NCBI GenBank assembly: GCA_018649885.1
Contig: JABIHA010000063.1
Span: 1-59,018 of the forward strand
DNA length: 59,018 nucleotides
Direction of reading: 5' to 3'
Source: Bacteriovoracaceae bacterium
Lineage (GTDB): Bacteria; Bdellovibrionota; Bacteriovoracia; Bacteriovoracales; Bacteriovoracaceae
Shown here: positions 1-10,131 of the stretch, one piece after another
Position numbering within the stretch: the first letter of the stretch is position 1
Layout of the letters: every line of letters starts with the position of its first letter
The notes under the pieces: generated by a model
The model's database searches: none
Told to the model about the DNA's origin: nothing
The model's input: only the letters and a program-made list of their open reading frames with translations
Translations under genes and position numbers: made by a program

Positions 1-363
1 CCAGAAACCCTCTGCGCTCCACGCTGGACGGAAGGCCCTAATCAAACAGGTTGAGACTGTTTCTATAGGTATTCATAGGTCAAACTTTTATTGGTGATCA
101 CTTGATATAGAGAAGGATTGCTGACCTCGATACCGTTTTTAATTTGGCAATATTTTAAAAAGCTAGTTTGGGCAAGTAGCCCCCGTTGGGATCAAAATTT
201 AGGGCGATAATTAAAATATACCAACACTATTAACAGCATTGAATATTGTGATCTGTAGTGTTTTTGAATAAATGCCTGACAGCTTTAGTCGCCGAGTTAG
301 AGTTATTTAATTAGGAGAGATATTACTTGTTGAATAATATTAAATTATTGGATAGCTTAAGCT

Positions 364-1791
364 ATGTCTGGAAATTTCACGCAGTTTTTTTGGTTTAGTG
401 CTCTTATTGCAGTTGCAGCAATTTTCTTTACTAAAGTAATTGAGAACTTTTTTTCAACTACGAACAGGAAAGATCCGTATTATAAAATCTTTATTGCTCT
501 TGGTGTATTCCAAGGGCTTTATGCAATAAATATTGCTCTTCTTTGGGTCAATCCTACTTGGAGTGAAGTATTCCAATCAGGACATCTACTAGGCTTAACG
601 AGCTCGTTGTTATATTTTCGGTTATTAAAAACTCATATTGATTTTTCAAATAAGCTATATAAGTTAATCAATACTTTGTTTCCAATCTTTTTAATAATAA
701 CGATTGTTCTTTTATCTCTAAAATATTTAGCAGGGATTGATTATCTTTTCACTGACGAATTTTTTGTGAGTAATTTACTTCCAATACAAGGAACTGTTCT
801 CTACAACCCAACACCTATTCATGGGATAATACTTTTCATTGAAGCTGTTGTAATATCGATAACCTATGCTCAATGTCTTTATTTATTTATAAAATCTCGC
901 AAGAGTGATTTTCTTCTTCTTTTAGGAATCTCTGTCAGTTTGCTTTTTACTTTTAATGATATAATGGCGGGAATTTGGAATCTTCCTCTACCTTCACTTT
1001 TAAGTTTTGCTTTATTACCAGAACTCTACCGATTCTCGAGGGAAATAAAAATTAGAAATAAGCAAGAAATTTATAATCTTGAATCCGAGCTGGAGAGAAT
1101 GGAGAGAGTTGCAACTTTAGGCTTTTCAAATGCAGCACTTGCACATGATATACGTAATGTACTTACAATAATCAACATTAGTGGACGTCTACTTAAAAGA
1201 AAATCAGGGGAGGAACAAGAAAAGGTTGTCAATTCAATTATAAAAAGTTCCGAAAGTGCAAACTTAATGCTTGATTCATACAGAAGAATTGCTGCAAGTA
1301 ATAACAGTTATGAAGATAAAGATGCGTGGTGCCCTCCTAAAAAAGTAATAGAGTCAATTGAAAAGCTTTTTAATAAAAAGTTTGCTGATTTAGGAATTTT
1401 ATTCGAAGACAATATTCCCAATATATCCTTAAACTGTGAAGAATCAGATTTACTTGTACTTTTATTTAATCTCATTAAAAATGCAATTGATCATTTAGAG
1501 AGTTTGCCACAGCAGAGTGAAAAATGGTTAAAGCTAGAGTTGGATGAAACAGAAAACTCTTTTCATTTTAATATTATAAATGGAGGCAAGAAAATTGAAT
1601 CCGATAATTCTGAGGACTTTTTTAAAATTTCAACATCTACAAAAGATCAATCAAGTGGTTCGGGATTAGGGCTTAAAATTATTAACAGAATTGCCAAGCA
1701 AATGGGCATGAATATATTTTTAAATAATGATAAATCTAATACTACTTTTACCCTCGAAATCCCTGTCGAGATGGTAGAAGTAAGCAACTAG
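364..1791 (+). CDS. Membrane sensor histidine kinase (orphan)
   Basis: Multi-TM N-terminus; H-box LAHDIRN, N-box NLIKNAIDH, G2 GSGLGL; no adjacent response regulator. Confidence 0.9.
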   Translation: MSGNFTQFFWFSALIAVAAIFFTKVIENFFSTTNRKDPYYKIFIALGVFQGLYAINIALLWVNPTWSEVFQSGHLLGLTSSLLYFRLLKTHIDFSNKLYKLINTLFPIFLIITIVLLSLKYLAGIDYLFTDEFFVSNLLPIQGTVLYNPTPIHGIILFIEAVVISITYAQCLYLFIKSRKSDFLLLLGISVSLLFTFNDIMAGIWNLPLPSLLSFALLPELYRFSREIKIRNKQEIYNLESELERMERVATLGFSNAALAHDIRNVLTIINISGRLLKRKSGEEQEKVVNSIIKSSESANLMLDSYRRIAASNNSYEDKDAWCPPKKVIESIEKLFNKKFADLGILFEDNIPNISLNCEESDLLVLLFNLIKNAIDHLESLPQQSEKWLKLELDETENSFHFNIINGGKKIESDNSEDFFKISTSTKDQSSGSGLGLKIINRIAKQMGMNIFLNNDKSNTTFTLEIPVEMVEVSN

Positions 1792-1966
1792 TCTTTCATT
1801 TTGAGATTTAGATATTTAATTAGATACATTGTTCTTACCACCACATGTAAATTTAGATGAGCTCGAAAGCGAGTAATTATTACAACCTCAATAGCAAGAC
1901 TGCACCGATTGGATTTCCTGGTGGATGGCCGATAGTTCGACATACTACATATAAAAATAAAACATT

Positions 1967-2100
1967 TAGCTTGGAGTAATTCGATGTTTTTTAAGGGGCG
2001 TAAGACCCATAAAATAGAGAACCGTTAAGGTTGTCAATAACTTAGGGGGCATTTGAGCATAGGGAGTAGGGAAGTGATAGTGCTAGTTTTACCTTACCCT
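1967..2100 (+). mobile_element. Orphan IS91/ISCR-like 3' end (oriIS-like remnant)
   Basis: 2042-2095 matches 56446-56499 at 50/54 nt; 1967-1997 also aligns with 56357-56387, both downstream of the transposase. Confidence 0.8.
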
Positions 2101-2345
2101 ATGGCAGGTTTATTTAGGCACTTACAATATAGCTGCTCCTGGGGACTACCTCGATCACATCAAGGGTTTTCGTTAGTAAGGCTTCTAGCACTATTGATCC
2201 CCTTTTTTTCTAAGCTAAAACGAGTATTTTTTTTATTTTTCCCAACACTAATCAAAGTTAAAGTAGTTAGACGTATAAAGCTGACTAATACCATCAGCTA
2301 TAGGGAAATATTTTACTTTATTCTCCGAAAGGATATTGGGATGTT

Positions 2346-5300
2346 GTGCGCCCTTTTGATAATGTAATAAGGAGAGAAGTAATCTTTCGAATCACTATGT
2401 TTTTAGTTTTGATACTTTTCAATAGTTGTATTGAAAAATCAAAATTTGAAACACAATTTCACCCTGGAGTAGATTCTAATCAAGCTCCAACTGCTTTTGC
2501 AGATTCTGCCACAACGGGAGAGGAGGGAGTTGTAGTGATTGATGTTCTTGCTAACGATAGAGATCCAGAAAGTGAAACCCTAACCATTGTGTCTGGATAT
2601 AGCGAGAATGGGACAATGACCACTGATGGATTGACTCTTAATTTTACTCCCAATGATAGCTTCACTGGAGTGGCCGAGCTGAGCTATGAAATAAGAGACT
2701 CAAGAGGCGCCACATCTACCAGTATTGTCTCCATAACTGTTGTCTCATACTGTACTTACTATACTCAAATTTCGGCATTACCCTTTAGCAGTGATTTCCC
2801 AGTGACAGCAGATGGCACTTCTACTAAACCCTATCGACTTTGTACTAAGGCCCAAATAGATACTGCGGCCACGACTGTCGCCACTCAAGCAGCCTATTTA
2901 AAAATTATGACTGATATAGATGTGGATAATGCTGGGCCTAATAATAATATGTTTGGAGAAGTGGCCAACTTCTCTGGCAATTTCAATGGAAATAGTAAAA
3001 GTATTTCCAATTTTAAATATGTTGATACGGCCGAAATCGATGTGGGATTTATTGCCATATTGGGTACTGGGGGAGTTGTTACCGACGTCAATTTAGTAGG
3101 AGTTAATATTGACGGTAAGGAAGATGTTGGTGGTCTTGTAGGGCAAACGAATACGGGAACGACAATTAACGGAAGTGCAGTCTCCGGAACAGTTGCCGCC
3201 TCAAATATTGCTGGGACAACTGATGTGGGAGGGCTTGTTGGGGATAACAAGGCAGATATCTCAAATAGTTCAACATCTGCCACTGTCACGACAGATGTAG
3301 TTTACAACAATGTTGGTGGCCTCGTTGGGCTCAATCGGGCCGGAAGTATCACAAATTGCTTCTCTACAGGCGATGTCATAGGAGGAGCTTATGTTGGGGG
3401 GTTGATTGGTCAGCAAACAAATAGTGCTATTACCATTGAGAATGTTTATACAACAGGAAACATAACAGCACTCGACCTTGGAGTTGGTGGAGTGGTGGGC
3501 TATATGTCTGGGACCAGCCCTACTTTAAAACACTGCAGGTCAATGGGAAATATTACTCAAACTATTAATAAAAATACATCGGGAGGAATTCTTGGGTACA
3601 TGAATGGATTTCTCTATGATTGTTATGCCTATGGAGATGTTTATAGAGATAGCGACACTGGAATTTATCATGGAGGAGCAATTGGATCTGCTCAAACCGA
3701 TACTCAAACAATAAGTCGAATTATGGCATTTGGAAATGTGGGAGCAGATAGATATAAAGGAGGCCTAATTGGTGAAAAAAAAGGCACTGTTAGTTACAGC
3801 TTTGCTACAGGTGCAATTTATGGATCGGCCAATAATCAAGCTGGTGGTATAGTTGGGATTCATAGTAGCGGAAATACTTCAGAGGTTTATTCTTTAGGAA
3901 CTATTAGAGGTTCAGGTAATGTTGGTGGAGTCACTGCTCAATTGAAGGGCGGATCTATTCTTTCAAATTGTTTTAATAAGGGAAATATATACACAACTAG
4001 TTCTACCACCGGAGGTATTTCGGCCAAAACTGTTGATACTGCCACTATAAGCTCCTGTGAAGCCCATGGGCATATTGGTAGTGATGTTCTTGGAGATGTT
4101 GGTGGTATGGTGGGGGCAGTTGATGGCACAGCGAATGTGATTGAGTACAGCGCCTCATACTCCAATGTTACAGGATCTATTGATGTAGGTGGAATCGTGG
4201 GAGAGGTAGTCGCAGCTGATGCGGTTACAATGGATCAACTTCTTTACTCAGGAGTCCTTACAGGAGGAAGTCAAGGAGGTGGAATTTCCAACAATGCAGG
4301 AGGACCAAACACCTATACAGATATTTTTTGGGATGGGGACTTGAACGCTGGATTAACTGATGCCAATGACGTCTTTAGTAGCGGTGATGAAGTTGAAATT
4401 GTAAGACAGACAACGACTAATCTCAAAGACTCCACTACATTTACTGCAGCAGGTTGGGATGTTAGCTCCACAGGTAAGTGGGTGATGCCACAAAATGGCG
4501 GGTACCCCAGAGTTCGTGGTGTCTATCACTGTTATGGCAATGCACTACTAGATGCTACTGTCTCTTCATATTCGGGAACCAGAATTGATCCCGTCAAAAT
4601 TTGCACGGCCTCGCAAATGGCAATAGTCTCAACGGATACAAGCTACTGGAGCAAGTGGATTTCTATTGAAGATAATATTGATTTAAGTTCAGTGACAATT
4701 ACATCAATGGGGACAAGCTCAATTCCTTTTAGTGGAACAATTGAAGGAAAAGGGCATACACTTTCAAATTTAACTATCAACTCCCCAACTTCTGATTATG
4801 TAGCATTTGTGGGCTATCTCAAGGGTGACATCTCTGGTGACGGCTCAGGGGATGGAATGATTATAGGACTTAAACTAAATAACCCAACTATTAGCGGTGC
4901 AAACTTTGTAGCGGCCGTTGTAGGCCACAATATTTTAGGGATAGTCACCCATGTCAGAGTTACAGGTGGGACAGTTGCAGGTACCCAATACGTAGGTGGT
5001 GTTGCAGGTTACAATCAAAGCTATATAAAAAATATTTCAGCTCAAACAACAAGCATTACAGGAGTCACAGATACTGGGGGGATTGTAGGATATAATGCTT
5101 CAGTTTTTCAAATTGGCTGGAGTACAGCGAGTGTCACAGGTGTCACCAACACTGGAGGAGTTGCGGGAGTCAATGTAGGGACAATGGAAAACTCTTACTC
5201 AAAAGCTGCAACAGTTAGTGGAACCACAAATACTGGGGGCGGAGTAGGTTATAACACAGGAACTCTTAGCGACATGTATTCTTCGGGAACAATTCCAGGT

Positions 5301-5504
5301 TTTCTAGGAGATAATAATGGAGGCACTGTCAGTAATTGTTTCTATGACAGTGACGATGCCACATCAGTAAGTGATGGAGGATCTGCCACAACCACTGCCA
5401 ATATGAGAACTCAGGCAACTTTTAATCCTGGTGGAAACTGGAAGTTCAATGTTTACTGGTTTATGCCCGCTGGCATGGAGCCAGCACTAGTAAATGAAGA
5501 ATAG
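2346..5504 (+). CDS. Large surface lipoprotein: cadherin/Ig-like domain plus two GLUG-motif beta-helix modules
   Basis: Lipobox-like LFNSC; NQAPTAFADS...DVLANDRDPE Ig-like motif; many VGGLVG repeats; start may be the ATG at 2397. Confidence 0.85.
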   Translation: MRPFDNVIRREVIFRITMFLVLILFNSCIEKSKFETQFHPGVDSNQAPTAFADSATTGEEGVVVIDVLANDRDPESETLTIVSGYSENGTMTTDGLTLNFTPNDSFTGVAELSYEIRDSRGATSTSIVSITVVSYCTYYTQISALPFSSDFPVTADGTSTKPYRLCTKAQIDTAATTVATQAAYLKIMTDIDVDNAGPNNNMFGEVANFSGNFNGNSKSISNFKYVDTAEIDVGFIAILGTGGVVTDVNLVGVNIDGKEDVGGLVGQTNTGTTINGSAVSGTVAASNIAGTTDVGGLVGDNKADISNSSTSATVTTDVVYNNVGGLVGLNRAGSITNCFSTGDVIGGAYVGGLIGQQTNSAITIENVYTTGNITALDLGVGGVVGYMSGTSPTLKHCRSMGNITQTINKNTSGGILGYMNGFLYDCYAYGDVYRDSDTGIYHGGAIGSAQTDTQTISRIMAFGNVGADRYKGGLIGEKKGTVSYSFATGAIYGSANNQAGGIVGIHSSGNTSEVYSLGTIRGSGNVGGVTAQLKGGSILSNCFNKGNIYTTSSTTGGISAKTVDTATISSCEAHGHIGSDVLGDVGGMVGAVDGTANVIEYSASYSNVTGSIDVGGIVGEVVAADAVTMDQLLYSGVLTGGSQGGGISNNAGGPNTYTDIFWDGDLNAGLTDANDVFSSGDEVEIVRQTTTNLKDSTTFTAAGWDVSSTGKWVMPQNGGYPRVRGVYHCYGNALLDATVSSYSGTRIDPVKICTASQMAIVSTDTSYWSKWISIEDNIDLSSVTITSMGTSSIPFSGTIEGKGHTLSNLTINSPTSDYVAFVGYLKGDISGDGSGDGMIIGLKLNNPTISGANFVAAVVGHNILGIVTHVRVTGGTVAGTQYVGGVAGYNQSYIKNISAQTTSITGVTDTGGIVGYNASVFQIGWSTASVTGVTNTGGVAGVNVGTMENSYSKAATVSGTTNTGGGVGYNTGTLSDMYSSGTIPGFLGDNNGGTVSNCFYDSDDATSVSDGGSATTTANMRTQATFNPGGNWKFNVYWFMPAGMEPALVNEE

Positions 5505-5530
5505 AATAAAAGTGTATGAAAAAGTATCAC

Positions 5531-6100
5531 TCACTTATTTAATAAAATTTCACATGCTAAATCTAATCCAAACTCACAAGATTTTTTTTAATAAGAGATG
5601 TAGTTTTCTTTGCTGGCCCCAGCTTTTTTGAGAGCAAGCCCCATGAAGTAACAGGATGCTATATTTTTCTTTTCGCAGCCCTTAGATGAAGAGATTAAAA
5701 ATTTTATATCATCTACCGGGTAACTATATCGAAATCCCTTAACGGCACCAGGTTTGGATTTTTTATAGAAAACGATCCCTATAAGCGTTGGACTTATTTC
5801 TTCATCTTCAAAAACATTAGTTATAAGCAGAAGAGGGCTATTCGCTTTATCAAAAATTACAAAAAATTTGTCGCCATACAACTAAAATATTAAAACGAAG
5901 AGATGATCAGCAGTCCATCTCTGTGTCAAGTGACCACCATTGAAGTTTGACCTTTCTCGTCTATCGTAACGTCTCCAAATCGTGTTTGCAGCCTTCAGCA
6001 TGGGTCTTCTGGCCTTCGTTTTAATCCCATGAGGCCGTTGTTATTGAGGTGAATCCATTCGCTCACAGTTGGGCCCCGACGATCGCCAGCATTTGCATTG
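5531..6100 (-). pseudogene. Degraded Sel1-like/Hcp-repeat protein gene
   Basis: ORF 5588-5881 continues in frame past TAA as KKSCEFGLDLACEILLNK; KGCEKKNIASCYFMG repeat; more stops upstream; 5' limit approximate. Confidence 0.55.
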
Positions 6101-6223
6101 GAGAAAATGCACGCTCTATTTTTACTGTCAAATAATTGAAATAACAAAGTAAGAATATTTTTCTTGCCTAGGCGAATAGCGCCTTCCTTTCTAGCACAAG
6201 CTAGCTTCTCTTACGTAAGCAGT

Positions 6224-6712
6224 CTATTTGATTTGTTTTATTTTTTCGCTAATCTTTGCAGTTGCCTGAAGATGCTCTTTGATGAACTTTGGGTGGGTGA
6301 TGGTTGCTAGCTTTGAGATATGTTTTCCTTCGGTCACCATGTCTATGGTGATGCTTGGATGATCAATATGAAACCTCACTATAAAGACTCTTTCCATACT
6401 TATTTCTACAGTGTTCTTGGCAAGGTAAACCATGTGATTAGCAAGATTTCTATAGAGTGCAGGCTTTAGTGACTTAGGGTCTTTTACTGAAAGTATTGAA
6501 GAAACAGTTACGGCCAAATTATTTTTGTTACATTCGAGTTTCCAATTTCCAGGAGCCTTCTTTTTTATGAAATGCCTAATAGCATTCTCACAAGAAGTTT
6601 TATTGTGTTTTTCTCTGACAAAATATTTACCGTTTAAATTGTAGAGAAAAATGGAAAACATAATGATTCCAATCATTAAAACCGGATTTTTCATTATGGT
6701 TTTGGCAAACAA
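6224..6712 (-). CDS. Hypothetical membrane-anchored protein
   Basis: 162-aa ORF with N-terminal TM helix. Confidence 0.7.
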   Translation of the reverse strand: MFAKTIMKNPVLMIGIIMFSIFLYNLNGKYFVREKHNKTSCENAIRHFIKKKAPGNWKLECNKNNLAVTVSSILSVKDPKSLKPALYRNLANHMVYLAKNTVEISMERVFIVRFHIDHPSITIDMVTEGKHISKLATITHPKFIKEHLQATAKISEKIKQIK

Positions 6713-6851
6713 GCGGGTAACTCCTTGAATATTAATAATCTTAACTTGCTGATTATTTTAGCACATTCCCAGCGCTAGGGCCTTCGGCTTAGGCCGTGGG
6801 CAAAAATACCCGATAGGTTTAGTCAGGTGATGACTCAATAGCGGAGATTAG

Positions 6852-7817
6852 ATGAGAGAAACCCTACTGGAAAATGAGCAGTTTTGGAATGTTTTGAGAT
6901 ACCTCGAAACAATGAAATCCGAAACGCCGGTAGATCATATTCTAACGGAGCTTGCAATTGATGAGCGGATTTTATTTGATGTAATTTATTTTTTACATCT
7001 TTTAGAAATCAACTTCTCTCTTTCAAGTGATAGTGGAAAAAAACTCTTGGTTCCGCCAAGTAAATTTCCCAATATAAAAATGGATCTATCTCTTAGCGAA
7101 TGGCTTGCACTTCAAGCACACTTTCCTGTGCTCGACGGCCTTGGTAATACTCCTTTTCATTCAATCATTGTGCAAAAGTTAGGTAAAATCGAAAATGGTC
7201 ATAAGAGTGTTGATTTGTTTTCTGCCCTTGGTGGTATGACTCAGAGATCTAAGAGACCCACAATAGTTGGAACAGTTAATATAGATCAAATTATCGATGG
7301 TATTGAAAAATCAATTGTGTGGAAAAATATTATCGAAGTGAAGCTGAAGAATAGGGAATATTTAAAATATCTTCCCCATAAGTTAGTTCATCTAGAGGGT
7401 CAACTAAATCTGATTGCTGAGGATACTAAAGATCAATGTCTTGTGAACTTCTCAGTTCCTATTATTGAAAAGCTTGAGATTTTAGATCGCGTTGATTACC
7501 AGGCCAAATTTTCTTCAATTGAAATTGAAGGATTTATTGGTGGAATCAGGTCAGTTACCGGAAATGAAATAAGACTTGTGCTAAAAATTAAAAACCATTA
7601 TAGCGGCAGTTTAAATCCTCCTTATCACTTTTTAGGAGCTCCCTACAGGGTCACAAACTCAGACGGCGAAGTCATTTGGGCCGCTTCAGTGGAACCTTGT
7701 GAAAACCTTTTTGAATGGCTTTATATGCTTGGTGATTGCGTTGAGATATTAGACCCATCATCTTTTAAAGAGGAATTTATTGAGTTCTTAGAATCCAAGA
7801 AATTAAAATCAGCATAG
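6852..7817 (+). CDS. WYL-domain transcriptional regulator (HTH-WYL-WCX)
   Basis: PHKLV WYL-like core; C-terminal WLYMLGDCVEILDP typical of WCX. Confidence 0.8.
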   Translation: MRETLLENEQFWNVLRYLETMKSETPVDHILTELAIDERILFDVIYFLHLLEINFSLSSDSGKKLLVPPSKFPNIKMDLSLSEWLALQAHFPVLDGLGNTPFHSIIVQKLGKIENGHKSVDLFSALGGMTQRSKRPTIVGTVNIDQIIDGIEKSIVWKNIIEVKLKNREYLKYLPHKLVHLEGQLNLIAEDTKDQCLVNFSVPIIEKLEILDRVDYQAKFSSIEIEGFIGGIRSVTGNEIRLVLKIKNHYSGSLNPPYHFLGAPYRVTNSDGEVIWAASVEPCENLFEWLYMLGDCVEILDPSSFKEEFIEFLESKKLKSA

Positions 7818-7894
7818 ACTTAGGTCACATTTTAATTTAAGAGCTATCTCACCCGAGTATTTACTCAGCTTGATCACGCGAGTATAACAATAGA

Positions 7895-8422
7895 ATGAAA
7901 CATTTTTACTGGATTTCATTTTTCCCCGCTCTTGCCTATTGGTATTTAGAAGAAAATTATCCAGTGAAAATTGCGGTTGCCGCAGGCTTGGGCCTTGCAG
8001 TGCTCGAAATTTTGCTAGAAAAATTTTTCGTCAAACATGTTCACAAACTATCCAAAATGAATTTTTTTCTACTTCTCTTTCTTGGGGGACTATCTCTTCT
8101 GGGAGATGAGGGGATTTGGTTTAAATTACAACCTATGTTCACAGGCCTTGGAATGGGCGGGTATATTCTCTATGACTCCATAAGAGGTCCAGGGCTTCTT
8201 CTTTTGATGATGGAAGAGATGGGCCGCGAGCCTCCACCTAAAGAGGTTTGGGGTGGTATAGAAAAGCATCTTGGGGGCTTTCTCATATGCTATGGCTGTT
8301 TTATGGGGGGCATTGCTTTTTTGGGCACCACTGAGACTTGGCTATTATTTAAAACACTTTATTTTTATCTGATTTTTTTCGTCTTTATGTTTTTTGAGAG
8401 CTTTTTGATGAGAAGAGGATGA
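7895..8422 (+). CDS. YciB/IspZ-like inner membrane protein
   Basis: Multi-TM; LGGLSL...WFKLQP and WLLFK motifs. Confidence 0.7.
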   Translation: MKHFYWISFFPALAYWYLEENYPVKIAVAAGLGLAVLEILLEKFFVKHVHKLSKMNFFLLLFLGGLSLLGDEGIWFKLQPMFTGLGMGGYILYDSIRGPGLLLLMMEEMGREPPPKEVWGGIEKHLGGFLICYGCFMGGIAFLGTTETWLLFKTLYFYLIFFVFMFFESFLMRRG

Positions 8423-8585
8423 AAAGGCATATTGAAAACCAGAAAAAAGCACAATTGTTTCGAAACCTTTAAGCCTACAGTAAATTACGCATCGCACTTT
8501 TATTTACTTAATGCTCCCACCACAGTAAGAATAACTGCATTTTAAATCTATTTCCAGGCCACTTAATAGGGTCTCTGGAGGACAC

Positions 8586-10001
8586 ATGAATACCGAAAGC
8601 AATCCAGAAATTGCGCAACCTGTAAAATCGTACCCAAAAAGAAAAGTGTGGATGAAAACCTATGGTTGTCAGATGAACTATCATGACAGTGAGAGGGTTA
8701 TGGATCACCTGGGAGAGCTAAATTTTACTCCTACAGAAGATCAAAATGAAGCAGATTTAATTTTGTTCAACACTTGCTCTATTAGAGATTTGGCCAATCA
8801 AAAATTTTATTCTCATCTTGGTGAAACCAAGCGAATCAAAGAGGCAAAAGGCGAAAAAGTTGTCATTGGAGTAGGTGGTTGTATTGCTCAGGTTGAGGGC
8901 AAAGAGTTAGTAAAAAAATATCGCCACCTTGATTTTGCATTTGGCACAGATGTAATAGATCAAATTGGTGACTTTGTTTTTAGATCTTTTTCAGGTGATA
9001 GTAAATTTGCCGTTAACACTTGGGATAGAAGTACAAATTATTCTATAGAGACTAAAATTACCCACGATGAGCCCAGGGCCTTTGTTAATATAATCAAAGG
9101 ATGTAATAAGGTTTGCTCCTATTGTATTGTTCCTTTTACAAGGGGCAAGGAGAGATCGAGAAAAGTTTCTGAAGTTCGAGATGATATTAAAAAGCTGGTT
9201 GAACACAGAGGAGTTCAGGAAATTACTCTTCTTGGTCAAAATGTAAATTCATTTGGAAAAGACAATGGTGAGACACTTACTGAGTTGGTGGGTGAGCTTG
9301 AAAAGGTTAATGGACTTCATGTTCTTAGATATACAACATCACACCCCTATGATGTGAGTGATGAGCTGATTGCTGCTCATGGGTGGTCTACAAAGCTTGC
9401 CCCCCATCTACATTTACCTGTTCAAAGTGGATCTACAACTGTCTTAAAGAGAATGAGAAGAGAGTATACCAAAGATCACTATTTAGGACTTCTTGAAAAA
9501 CTCAGGGCGAGTAAGCCAGGCATTGTTGTTTCATCTGATATTATTGTGGGCTTTCCCAATGAAACAGATGATGAATTTGCAGATACGATTGATCTTTTAA
9601 ACCGCGCTGAATTTGATTTTATATATTCTTATACTTACTCAGAAAGAAAGGGCACGAGGGCCTCGAGAATGGATGACACTCTCACTGATAAAATTAAAAG
9701 TGAGAGGCTTCAATTTCTTCAAAAACATCAACTCGAAATTCAAAAGAATTTGAGAACTCAAATGGTGGGCAAGAGATACTTGGTCTGGGTTGATGGAGAC
9801 TCCAATATGGGAGGAGTTTACAAGCTTAAGGGAAGAACCCCTTGCTACAGAATTGTTCATTTTGAGCCTCCCGTTTCAGGTGGTGAGCTTAAAGATTTTA
9901 AGTGGCATTGGATGGAAGTTGAAGTCAGCGGAGCAACAGCTCTTTCAGCGCAGGCAAAAGTGATAAAAGATTGGGGCATAAACCCTCCCACAATTCATTA
10001 G
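8586..10001 (+). CDS. miaB: tRNA-2-methylthio-N6-dimethylallyladenosine synthase
   Basis: TYGCQMN, NTCSIR, radical-SAM CNKVCSYC, HLPVQSGS, C-terminal TRAM. Confidence 0.95.
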   Translation: MNTESNPEIAQPVKSYPKRKVWMKTYGCQMNYHDSERVMDHLGELNFTPTEDQNEADLILFNTCSIRDLANQKFYSHLGETKRIKEAKGEKVVIGVGGCIAQVEGKELVKKYRHLDFAFGTDVIDQIGDFVFRSFSGDSKFAVNTWDRSTNYSIETKITHDEPRAFVNIIKGCNKVCSYCIVPFTRGKERSRKVSEVRDDIKKLVEHRGVQEITLLGQNVNSFGKDNGETLTELVGELEKVNGLHVLRYTTSHPYDVSDELIAAHGWSTKLAPHLHLPVQSGSTTVLKRMRREYTKDHYLGLLEKLRASKPGIVVSSDIIVGFPNETDDEFADTIDLLNRAEFDFIYSYTYSERKGTRASRMDDTLTDKIKSERLQFLQKHQLEIQKNLRTQMVGKRYLVWVDGDSNMGGVYKLKGRTPCYRIVHFEPPVSGGELKDFKWHWMEVEVSGATALSAQAKVIKDWGINPPTIH

Positions 10002-10131
10002 TAGCAGACTAATAAAGTTTAATTTTTCCACATTTCAAAACATTAGATTCTCCGATTGGTTTAGGCGGCTTAATTTGCCTTGTTGATGCTACGCGCCATT
10101 ATCTCTACCATATAGATTAAGGAGTAATCAC

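Noticed and set aside
2053..2367. 104-aa ORF
   Set aside because: Starts inside the IS-end remnant and has no protein-like features
5889..6025. Retron msr-msd or 6S RNA suggested by a 12-bp inverted repeat
   Set aside because: No reverse transcriptase nearby, the interior does not form a continuous rod, and the region is better explained as decayed coding sequence
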